From: Mariprofundaceae bacterium | GTDB lineage: Bacteria; Pseudomonadota; Zetaproteobacteria; Mariprofundales; Mariprofundaceae | Length of the DNA: 25,457 nt | Assembly: GCA_030950965.1 (NCBI GenBank) | Contig: JAUZQP010000123.1 | Span: 1 to 25,457, forward strand | Reading direction: 5' to 3' | In this document: positions 7,409 through 15,792 of the stretch, piece after piece | Layout of the letters: every line of letters starts with the position of its first letter | How positions within the stretch are numbered: position 1 is the stretch's first letter | Notes under the pieces: model-generated | Seen by the model: the letters and a program-made list of their open reading frames with translations, nothing else | The model's database searches: none | Told to the model about the DNA's origin: nothing | Position numbers and translations under genes: made by a program

Positions 7409-9353
7409 CCCTGCCTGTTGTGATTGATCACAACCATGCGGTGGAGCTTGCTCCACGCATTTGGTGGGTAGGGCATGTGCAAGAGGATGACCCTTTTCAA
7501 TGTCATGTGTATTTAATTGAACAGGGTGAACATTCGGTGTTGATTGACCCTGGTTCTAAACTCACCTTCGCGCACACCCTGAGAAAGATTGAAGAAGTCA
7601 TTTCTAAGTAGGTGCACAAAAGTCTTTTAACATTTCTAGCTTGCCTATTCGCGCGATATTCTTCGTTATGAAAAACGTTATATATTAACAATATGCGCCG
7701 TTTTCATGCCTTGACTTTCACGAAATATTCGGCGCAATAAATTGTCAAAAGACTTATGCACACCTACTTATCAGCCACATCCGCTATTTTATTTGCCAAC
7801 ATCAAGACCCTGATATTGCAGGAGCTATGCCGTTAGTTGATGCTTTAAACACCCATAAGGATGCTGTGCTGGTAACGCATTGGCGGGCTAAAATGTTGCT
7901 GCGTCACTATGACCTTGCTATGCCCTTTTGGTTGGTGGATGAACATGGTTGGAAGCTGGAGCTAGAAGACCGTACTTTGGAATTTGTGTTTACACCATAC
8001 GCTCATTTTCCTGGCGCTTTTGTCACCTATGACCATGCGAGTAAGGTCATGTTTTCCAGCGACCTTTTTGGTGGTTTGACGAAAGAGTTTTGTTTGTTCG
8101 CTAAAGACACTTCGTATTTGGAAGCGATGAAGCCATTTCATCAGCATTATATGCCGAGTAACGAAATTCTTCAGTTTGCTGTGACTGAAATGGAACGCTA
8201 TCCGATGAAAATGATTGCACCGCAGCATGGTTCAATCATCCCACAGCCGCTGATTCAAACATGTATAGACTACCTCAAAGGGTTGGACTGCGGCTTGTAT
8301 ATGCTGCTGGGGCGTGAAAGTGATATACAAAAGCTATCGCGTTTTAATGAAACACTAAAAAAAATCACCCGCACCATGATGGTATGCCGTGATTTTAAAG
8401 AAATTGCCCAAGGCTTGTTAGATATTATCAGCGGTGAAATTGAGGCGACTTCGTTGAGTTTTCATGTGCGTGATGCACAGAATCAAGTGCTTTATTTCCA
8501 TAGTCGAAATCGTTACAGAGGCGTTTCCTACGAAATGCCTGAAGTCATCAGTACATGGTTGGACAACCCACAATCAAACGATCAACCTTATGTGTTCGCA
8601 CACGACAAAACACATGACAAACACTACATTTTTGTTCCACTCAATGCCCAACATGGACTTCACGATGAAGAAAGTAGCATCAACACAGTGGTGCAAATTG
8701 AACTAGCGCAGAAGCAGCCGTCCGAACCACACTTGAAACGCCTATTGGAGCAAATGATGCTGCCATTGCAAGTGGCGATTGAACGCGAAATGATTTTTCG
8801 CGATATGGATAAAAAACGGGAGGAGATTTATGCCCGCGCTATTCGTGACCCTTTAACAGGTCTATTCACCCGTGTATATATGCAAGATATGATGCAAACG
8901 CTACTGGAGCAAGATGATCGCAACAAAAATAAAAACATCTCCGCTGTGATGATGGATATTGATCATTTCAAACGTGTTAATGACACCTATGGTCATCCAC
9001 AAGGTGATATTGTATTGAAGAAAATCGCCGCCTGCTTGTTGGAAAACTGCCGCTCTGGTGATATTCCCGTACGCTTTGGTGGTGAAGAGTTCATCACCTT
9101 TTGCACCGGTACAGCAGAGCATAACAGTAATCGTTTTGCTGAACGTCTGCGCGCCAGTATTGAATCACTATCATGGCCATACCCTATGACCGAGGAGGCC
9201 ATTACCGCCAGTTTTGGCGTTGCCCTACGCATTGATTATGAATCACTGGATGATTTAATTCAACGCACCGATGATGCACTTTACCAAGCTAAACGAGGCG
9301 GAAGAAACCGCGTGATTACCGCTGATGATCAGCAGGAACATCAACACCGTTAG
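7405..9353 (+). pseudogene. MBL-fold (ODP-type di-iron) + GAF-like + GGDEF diguanylate cyclase, interrupted by a MITE
   Basis: The 5' fragment 7405-7605 (VELAPRIWWVG...VYLI...VLIDPG) joins in frame to 7770-9353 (ISHIRYFICQHQDPDI...AHFPG...SSDLFG...IAPQHG...DPLTGL...DIDHFKRVNDTYGH...RSGD...RFGGEEF...ADDAL-like TDDALYQAKRGGRN) once 7606-7769 is removed, giving 594 aa. Confidence 0.88.
7607..7768. mobile_element. 162-bp MITE (family E) with a TA target duplication
   Basis: 26-bp terminal inverted repeats match 22/26 (AGTAGGTGCACAAAAGTCTTTTAACA vs AGTAGGTGTGCATAAGTCTTTTGACA). TA flanks both ends (7605-06, 7769-70). Non-coding and AT-rich, and excision restores the frame. Confidence 0.88.
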
Positions 9354-9372
9354 TATAGCAAAAAGCCATGAC

Positions 9373-9446
9373 TGGAGCGGGCAACGGGAGTCGAACCCGT
9401 GTAATCAGCTTGGGAAGCTGAGGTAATACCGTTATACCATGCCCGC
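9373..9446 (-). tRNA. tRNA-Gly (anticodon CCC)
   Basis: Reverse complement: GCGGGCA acceptor/TGCCCGC, anticodon arm TCAGC-TTCCCAA-GCTGA, T-arm ACGGG-TTCGACT-CCCGT, 3' TCCA. 74 nt. Confidence 0.96.
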
Positions 9447-9538
9447 TTAAAGTCAATGTGCAGCGTATGCTGTCATATTGCTGTTTGTGGTCAACTGTAT
9501 TCATCGCGCTGCCAAGCGAAACCACACTATAAGTATGG

Positions 9539-9564
9539 CAGGAGCAGACTTTGATCTGCTCCTG
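9539..9564. terminator. Perfect 10-bp hairpin downstream of recQ (CAGGAGCAGA-CTTTGA-TCTGCTCCTG)
   Basis: Perfect stem 20 nt past the recQ stop, but no clear U-tract. Confidence 0.4.
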
Positions 9565-9583
9565 CGTCAACGAACGATCAGGC

Positions 9584-11746
9584 TTAGTTTACGCCAATGG
9601 CTTCGCGCCAAGCTAGGACTAGGCGAAACATCTCGTTGCTGAGGTCAATGCTTAGCTCTTTTTTGAGTTCGGACAAAGAGGCGTAAGGATCAGCATCATC
9701 CAACTCTTCCATGACCGTCTCAAAATCTTCTACTAAGCTTGGTACATCAATATGGTAAGCGCCGCGAACCAATGCAATATAATGATTGAGTACGGTCTTT
9801 TCACTTACGCCTAATGCTGCTCCGATTGCCTCAAGGGTGTTACCTTTACGGTACAATGCCCATGTATGCCCCTGCGCATCGGTTGGGGATGACCCTTTTG
9901 CCATCAGCTTGAGCGCGTGCTGGCCCTTGCCAGTCTCTTTGGCTGCCTCATCGCGGGCATATTGTTCCAACACGGGACGGAAAAACGCCGCGTAAGCATC
10001 GAATTTGTGCTGTCCCATGCCGCTGAGGCGCAACAGTGCCTCATCAGTGACCTTATTGATTTGACTCATTTCGGTCAATGTGACATCGCTGAATAATGTA
10101 TGGGGTGCTACTTCTTCACGTTCCGCCAAAAAATCACGTACTTCAACGAGCTTTTTAAACAGCGCTTCGTTACGTCCTTGACTAAAACGTTTAAGCTTGC
10201 GCTTAATACCTGGTTGGTAACGAGCGAGGATAACAGGGGTATTATCACGCAATAAAGCGCGCCCTTTTTTGCTAATGGTTAGCGCACCACGGCGAGACAC
10301 ATCCTGTGTAAAATAACCTTGATGTACAAGTTGACGTAAAATCGCCATCCATTCATCGACATTAATGGTTTTATTAAAAGCATGCATTTTTAAACGTTCG
10401 TGCTTATTGGCTAAAATACGTGCGTTTTTTGAACCACGTAAAATATCGACAATATAGCCGATGGCAAAGTCACCCTTAGCATCACGAACACATTGCACCG
10501 CCGCCTGAGAGAAATCGGATGCATCATAAGTTTCAGGTGGGTCAAGACAGACGTCACAATTGCCGCAGTCTTCTTCGCGTTCTTCACTAAAATATCCCAG
10601 TAACACACGACGACGGCAGGTTAATGCCTCCGACAATGCCACCATACTGTTCAGTTTGTGGATTTCGACACGGCGTTGTTCGAGGTTTTCCACATTTTCA
10701 ATCAGACGGCGTACTAAGTTCACATCACCAGAACCGTACAGCAACAAAGCTTCAGACTCTAAACCATCACGTCCAGCACGACCTGTTTCTTGATAATAGG
10801 ACTCGATACTTTTTGGCAAATCATGATGAATAACGAAACGCACATTGGGCTTATCCACTCCCATACCGAAGGCAATGGTCGCTACAATCACGTTGATGCG
10901 GTCACGCAGAAAGTCATCTTGCACTTTTTCACGCGTCCGACCAGGCATACCTGCATGGTAGGCCGCAGCACGAATGCCGTGACGTTGCAGGTTTACTGCC
11001 ATATCTTCTACACGCTTACGCGACAAACAATAAATAATGCCTGACGCGCCTTTCCAATCCTCTAAGAACTGTAGTACTTGCGTCAACGGTTGGCGTTTTT
11101 CGGACACTAAGTAACGAATGTTGGGACGGTCAAAGCTGGAGACAAAGCATTTCGCCTTGGTCAAAGCCAGTCGCTCGGCAATATCTTCCCGCGTGTGTTC
11201 ATCCGCTGTTGCTGTGAGTGCAATCATCGGTACATCGGGCATCACGGTACGCAATTCGCCTAATCGTACATACTCAGGGCGGAAGTCATGCCCCCATTGC
11301 GACACACAGTGCGCTTCATCAATGGCGAACAATGCCACTTCTATTTTCTCTAAGCGGGCAAGGAAGGTCTTGGTTAAGAGCCGTTCTGGTGCAACATAGA
11401 GTAGGTCGAGTTCGCCAGCTTCAAATTTTGCCAAAATTTCTTTGGCCTCAGCAGATTTCAATGATGAGTTGTAGTATTCCGCTTTAACGCCACAGCGTGT
11501 TAAGGCATCTACCTGATCTTTCATCAGCGAGATCAAGGGTGATACCACAATCCCTGTGCCTGGGCGCATAATGGACGGAATTTGGTAACACAACGATTTA
11601 CCACCACCTGTCGGCATCAGCACGAAGGCATCTTTGCCATCAAGCAGTGAGCAGATAATCTCTTCCTGCATGGGGCGAAACATGTCATAGCCGAATGTGT
11701 CTTTTAGGACTTTTCGAGCGTGTTCTTTAACTTTTTTTGTAGCCAT
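9584..11746 (-). CDS. recQ: ATP-dependent DNA helicase RecQ
   Basis: MPTGGGKSLCYQ, IDEAHCVSQWGHDFRPEY, ATIAFGMGVDK, YYQETGRAGRDG, Zn cysteines (CRR...CGNCDVC), RQC and HRDC regions, plus a C-terminal extension. Confidence 0.96.
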   Translation of the reverse strand: MATKKVKEHARKVLKDTFGYDMFRPMQEEIICSLLDGKDAFVLMPTGGGKSLCYQIPSIMRPGTGIVVSPLISLMKDQVDALTRCGVKAEYYNSSLKSAEAKEILAKFEAGELDLLYVAPERLLTKTFLARLEKIEVALFAIDEAHCVSQWGHDFRPEYVRLGELRTVMPDVPMIALTATADEHTREDIAERLALTKAKCFVSSFDRPNIRYLVSEKRQPLTQVLQFLEDWKGASGIIYCLSRKRVEDMAVNLQRHGIRAAAYHAGMPGRTREKVQDDFLRDRINVIVATIAFGMGVDKPNVRFVIHHDLPKSIESYYQETGRAGRDGLESEALLLYGSGDVNLVRRLIENVENLEQRRVEIHKLNSMVALSEALTCRRRVLLGYFSEEREEDCGNCDVCLDPPETYDASDFSQAAVQCVRDAKGDFAIGYIVDILRGSKNARILANKHERLKMHAFNKTINVDEWMAILRQLVHQGYFTQDVSRRGALTISKKGRALLRDNTPVILARYQPGIKRKLKRFSQGRNEALFKKLVEVRDFLAEREEVAPHTLFSDVTLTEMSQINKVTDEALLRLSGMGQHKFDAYAAFFRPVLEQYARDEAAKETGKGQHALKLMAKGSSPTDAQGHTWALYRKGNTLEAIGAALGVSEKTVLNHYIALVRGAYHIDVPSLVEDFETVMEELDDADPYASLSELKKELSIDLSNEMFRLVLAWREAIGVN

Positions 11747-11902
11747 AACACTATTGAACCATAGCCAGACTAGTGTGGCAAGCTTTTTCTTCTAGGGGTA
11801 GCGAATAAAGACGGGGGATCCCATGAATATCGTGCAAATAAACACCTGCATGCACAAGAACTAATGCCGTTCATTGAATTTTCAACCAATGCATCTAGCC
11901 TC

Positions 11903-12071
11903 CTAGCCTGAATTATTCACAAATACTGTCGCGCCCTTGATTGCCCCTTTGTCTGCAACGAATACTCTGCTAGTCGAGCGTATCCATGGGTACGCTACTC
12001 CCAGCAAGGCATCCGTTGCAAACAAAGGTTCTACGCAATCATCACGACGATTTGTGAATAATTCAGGCTAG
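11903..12071. mobile_element. 169-bp MITE (family B) with CTAG termini
   Basis: Perfect 22-bp terminal inverted repeat CTAGCCTGAATTATTCACAAAT. Nested internal inverted repeats (GATTGC/GCAATC, TGCAACG/CGTTGCA, AGCGTA/TACGCT). Related sequences occur at 226-240 and 15565-15621. Confidence 0.8.
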
Positions 12072-12089
12072 ATGTCACAGGAGATTCAA

Positions 12090-12482
12090 ATGGAAACTGT
12101 AGCCGTTCTCACCATTGATGATGAAGAGACAGTGCAAAATATTTTAACTGCATTTGTTCATCGTTATATGAAGGGCAAAGAGAGGAATTGCAATGTCAAA
12201 GCAATCAGTGATCCTGTGCAAGGATTGTTCGAGTTAAGCACCAATGGTGATCATTATGCGGTCATTTTGCTGGATGTTCGTTTGCCTAAACTTACGGGCG
12301 ATGAGATTTACAACAGTTTGGTTCATGTGAACCCTGGCTTGCTCTCGCGGGTCATGTTCGTTACGGGCTACCCTGATGATATTGCTGAACGCTTTCCCGA
12401 CAAAGAGCTGAGGATTTTGCAGAAGCCATTCCGCTATGAGCAATTTTCTCAAAGTATGGATGCCATTTTACAAGCTGGCTAA
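12090..12482 (+). CDS. Single-domain response regulator (CheY-like receiver)
   Basis: TIDDE acidic pocket, LLDVRLPKLTG phosphoacceptor Asp, FVTG and QKPF. RBS AGGAG precedes ATG 12090 (alternative start 12072). Confidence 0.88.
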   Translation: METVAVLTIDDEETVQNILTAFVHRYMKGKERNCNVKAISDPVQGLFELSTNGDHYAVILLDVRLPKLTGDEIYNSLVHVNPGLLSRVMFVTGYPDDIAERFPDKELRILQKPFRYEQFSQSMDAILQAG

Positions 12483-12485
12483 GCT

Positions 12486-13682
12486 TTATGGAGCAAAAAT
12501 AATATGCTCTTTCAGCATGATCTTGCTGGCGATGGTGATCGTTGCGGCGATCAGTGCCAAGGAGGATAATAGCACGATTACCAACGGTAGGGCTGTTATC
12601 GTTCCTGCTGTCACTTCACGGCAGGCAATCAATACATTTAACACGGGAATCATGGCGGTGAATCCATTTAAATCAATGGAAAAAATCACTGGGATTAACA
12701 TCATCGACATGATAGATACTGTCAATAATGACATATAGGCACTGCCTTGTGCGATGGTTTTTGACCATAGCGAGATCAGTAGCATCAACAGGGCGAAGAA
12801 TGCCGCAATCGGCAGCATAAGCAGTACCATGATGATGATGACTTGTGGTCGTAACAGTGGTTCCGAAAACTGAATAATATGAGCGGGTATAAAATCAGGT
12901 GGGAACATAAATACCAGCACAATCGTAGCAAGGGTCGCGCACGGAGCCCACAGCGCCACCGAAAACAGTACAATAAATTTCGCCCCTAGCAGTTTGATGC
13001 GTTGAATCGGTAAAGATAAGAGCGTTTCTAAGGTTTTTTTCTCTTTCTCACCCACACCCATTTCTAGTGCAACAGCCATACAGATAAATAAACAGTTAAA
13101 AAATAGTAGCATCGGTAGGAACATGCCAGCCATTTTCCCACTGCGCTCCTCCTTGGATGCCAAATCTTGCTGCTCGATTTTCACGGCGGAAAGCTGCGCT
13201 TCTGTTAGCTGCAATGCACCCAAACGTTGGGTGTTTTGCATACCTTTAAATAGCGTGAGAAGCTGTTTGATGTGACGGATAGGAAGATCCCCAGTGCCAC
13301 CTTTGGTCTTAAAATAGAGCTGAATGGTTGATGTTTTCATCTGCTGGGTATCCGTTGTGAATGTTTCAGGGATGACCAGTGCGACTTGAATGCTCTTATC
13401 ATTAATTTGCCGTTGAATATCAGCTTCGTTGATGTCGGTGTGTAAAATTAATTGTGTGTCGCTGCGTAATAAATAATACAATGTTGGCGCGTGATTTAGA
13501 CCAACCACCCCGATGTGAATCTCTTTTTTTGCTTGATGTTGCACGAGGTGAACCATCAAATACTCGAACCCCAACCCTAAAGGCCCCATCATTAAGGGGA
13601 ATAAAATTAACGTGATCATGGTGCTGCGATCACGCGCTAGCATTTTGAAGTCTTTGTAACACAGCAGGCGAACAATATTCAT
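12486..13682 (-). CDS. ABC-2 type transporter permease (NatB-like)
   Basis: KDFKMLARDRSTM N-terminus, TM helix, large extracytoplasmic loop, GEKEKKTLETLLSLP motif and multiple C-terminal TM helices. Confidence 0.85.
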   Translation of the reverse strand: MNIVRLLCYKDFKMLARDRSTMITLILFPLMMGPLGLGFEYLMVHLVQHQAKKEIHIGVVGLNHAPTLYYLLRSDTQLILHTDINEADIQRQINDKSIQVALVIPETFTTDTQQMKTSTIQLYFKTKGGTGDLPIRHIKQLLTLFKGMQNTQRLGALQLTEAQLSAVKIEQQDLASKEERSGKMAGMFLPMLLFFNCLFICMAVALEMGVGEKEKKTLETLLSLPIQRIKLLGAKFIVLFSVALWAPCATLATIVLVFMFPPDFIPAHIIQFSEPLLRPQVIIIMVLLMLPIAAFFALLMLLISLWSKTIAQGSAYMSLLTVSIMSMMLIPVIFSIDLNGFTAMIPVLNVLIACREVTAGTITALPLVIVLLSSLALIAATITIASKIMLKEHIIFAP

Positions 13683-14437
13683 CCCTGTACCTCTAATTGA
13701 TGGATGAACTTCTCCTCTAGGGTTGCCCCTACAGTATTGCGCTCGAAATCGTTGAATCGACCATGGTATGATAAACGACCATGATTCATCACCACAATAT
13801 CATCGCACAATAACTTCACTTCGTTAAAACGGTGGGTAGAAAAGATCACCGTCCGCTGGTTAGCTTTGCTGTGTTGAATCAAATCAGTAATATGGCGTGA
13901 AGCTATCACATCCAGTCCTGTGGTGGGTTCATCCAGCAGCAATATTTTTGGGTCATGAATCAAGGTGCGTGCAATATTTACCTTTTGCTTCATGCCCGTG
14001 CTCAGTGTCGCAAGTCGCTTATCGGCAAAAGCATGAATGTCCAACAAGGAAAATAGTTCGTCCTTACGCTGTGCCAGTGTGCTCTCGTCCACTTGATTAA
14101 TGCGCCCATAAAAATTTACGGTTTCATCGGCGGTAAGGAATTCGTACAATTGGGTGTTGGTGGTCATAAACCCCATCTGTTGCCGAATAGACGCGCTGTG
14201 TGTGGCGCAGGATTTCCCTGCAACACTAATAGTCCCCGTTGTGGGTTGCATCATGGCAGCAATCATACGCAAAAGGGTTGTTTTACCCGCACCATTGGGA
14301 CCAATCAAGCCCAGCGTTGCTCCCTTGGGGCAATGGAAGCTGACATCTTGCACGGCATCATCAAACGCTGTGCCGTACTTTTTTCTGTCGGCACGACTGC
14401 GTTTGAACTGCTTGCTGACATGCTGCAACTGAATCAT
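13679..14437 (-). CDS. ABC transporter ATP-binding protein (NatA-like)
   Basis: Walker A GPNGAGKTT, signature LSTGMKQK, Walker B LLLDEPTTGLD and H-loop STH. Confidence 0.92.
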   Translation of the reverse strand: MIQLQHVSKQFKRSRADRKKYGTAFDDAVQDVSFHCPKGATLGLIGPNGAGKTTLLRMIAAMMQPTTGTISVAGKSCATHSASIRQQMGFMTTNTQLYEFLTADETVNFYGRINQVDESTLAQRKDELFSLLDIHAFADKRLATLSTGMKQKVNIARTLIHDPKILLLDEPTTGLDVIASRHITDLIQHSKANQRTVIFSTHRFNEVKLLCDDIVVMNHGRLSYHGRFNDFERNTVGATLEEKFIHQLEVQG

Positions 14438-14454
14438 GGTATCATTCCTTGGCG

Positions 14455-15426
14455 TTATGGCAATGGCACGTGGTTGATGATGCGTTGAATAACGGTGTTT
14501 ACACTCAAACCTTCCGCTTCGGCTTCGTAGTTAAGGATTAAACGGTGGCGCAAGACATCAAATGCCACTGCGTGAATATCTTCTGGCGACACGTAATCGC
14601 GCCCTGCCAACCAAGCATGTGCTCTGGCACAACGATCCAGTGCAATGGTAGCACGAGGGCTTGCACCATATTGTAAATGACATGCTGCATCGTGCGCTTG
14701 GTGTTGCCGTGTCGCCACCACCAAGCGAATCATGTAATCCTCCAAACTTTCAACCATCGGTAAAGCCAGCACTTCGGTACGCGCTGCCATTAAAGCTTGC
14801 AGCGATAATACAGGCACCTCCTTCTTTGTCGTGCCACTGTTCTGTTGTGCAGATTCATCGCGTGTTAAGCGTAAAATTTGAAGTTCTTCTTCTGCGGTTG
14901 GGTAATCGACAGTGACATGCAGTAAAAATCGATCCAATTGCGCTTCGGGTAAAGGGTAGGTGCCTTCCTGCTCAATGGGGTTTTGCGTTGCCATAACTAG
15001 GAACAAACGCTCTAGTGGGTAGGTGTGCCCTCCCACTGTAACTTGTCGTTCCGCCATGGCTTCCAACAATGCTGATTGTACCTTAGCAGGGGCGCGATTT
15101 ATTTCATCGGCTAACACCATATGATGAAACAGTGGCCCGCGCTGAAAGCGAAAGCTGCCATCATGCTGGTTGTAAATATCGGTCCCTGTGACATCGCTGG
15201 GTAATAAATCAGGGGTAAATTGAATGCGTTGGAAGTCGCCCGCAATCCCTTGACTGAGCGCTTGAATAGCGCGTGTTTTAGCGAGTCCTGGCGCGCCTTC
15301 GACCAGTAAATGACCATCTGCTAAGAGGGCGATCATTAAACGGTTAATCAGCGTTTTTTGACCAACAATCTGCTCTGCGACCTGCGCTTCCAGTTGTTGG
15401 AATATTCCACGCAATGATGTTGACAT
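14455..15426 (-). CDS. moxR: MoxR family AAA+ ATPase
   Basis: GHLLVEGAPGLAKT, RIQFTPDLLPSD, LADEINRAPAKVQSALLEAM, ATQNPIEQEGTYPLPEAQLDRF, GASPRA. Confidence 0.93.
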   Translation of the reverse strand: MSTSLRGIFQQLEAQVAEQIVGQKTLINRLMIALLADGHLLVEGAPGLAKTRAIQALSQGIAGDFQRIQFTPDLLPSDVTGTDIYNQHDGSFRFQRGPLFHHMVLADEINRAPAKVQSALLEAMAERQVTVGGHTYPLERLFLVMATQNPIEQEGTYPLPEAQLDRFLLHVTVDYPTAEEELQILRLTRDESAQQNSGTTKKEVPVLSLQALMAARTEVLALPMVESLEDYMIRLVVATRQHQAHDAACHLQYGASPRATIALDRCARAHAWLAGRDYVSPEDIHAVAFDVLRHRLILNYEAEAEGLSVNTVIQRIINHVPLP

Positions 15427-15534
15427 AAAAAAACAATCTCCCTCGTTTTAAAAAATAAGCAGTGTCGAAACCTGCTGGATGTTCAAATGCTAAGTGACCT
15501 CTTTTGAATTTCAACCCGAACTGATGTTGCGGAC

Positions 15535-15566
15535 AAAAAAAAAGGGCATCCACAAAGGATGCCCTT
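15535..15566 (-). terminator. Rho-independent terminator downstream of deaD
   Basis: Perfect 10-bp stem AAGGGCATCC/GGATGCCCTT with a 5-nt loop. The adjacent A-run gives a U-tract on the minus strand. Confidence 0.8.
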
Positions 15567-15621
15567 AGCCTGAATGATTCATGAATCATCATCACGACGA
15601 TGTATGAATAACTCAGGTTAG
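15565..15621. mobile_element. 57-bp internally deleted copy of MITE family B
   Basis: Both 22-nt ends match the 11903-12071 termini at 18/22. It also shares the subterminal ATCATCACGACG (15588-15599 = 12038-12049). Confidence 0.72.
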
Positions 15622-15778
15622 GTAACGCGCAATAAATAATCTACCAAAATCGCGCAGGTTTTTTATTCAGCATCAAGGCGCAAAAAGTAAAGCATAGCTC
15701 GCTATGTAAGCTTTTTTGCAACGCCGATGCTGGGCAAAAAGACAAGCGAGCTTGGTAGATTATTTATTGCGCGTTGCC
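15621..15778. mobile_element. 158-bp MITE (family C) with a TTA target duplication
   Basis: 26-bp terminal inverted repeats match 25/26 (GGTAACGCGCAATAAATAATCTACCA). TTA direct repeats lie at 15618-20 and 15779-81. Internal CAAGGCG...GCATAGC/GCTATG...CAACGCCG hairpin. Confidence 0.82.
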
Positions 15779-15792
15779 TTACATTCGATCAA

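Noticed and set aside
7711-7745. Outward sigma70 promoter inside MITE-E (TTGACT) driving the truncated cyclase
   Set aside because: No good -10 hexamer at 16-18 bp spacing, and the AGGAG before ATG 7827 is only 2 nt away.
6312-9446. Accessory operon next to the tRNA-Gly 3' end as an integrated genomic island
   Set aside because: No integrase, and no repeat of the tRNA 3' end (TGGAGCGGGCA) was found at the lipB-side boundary.
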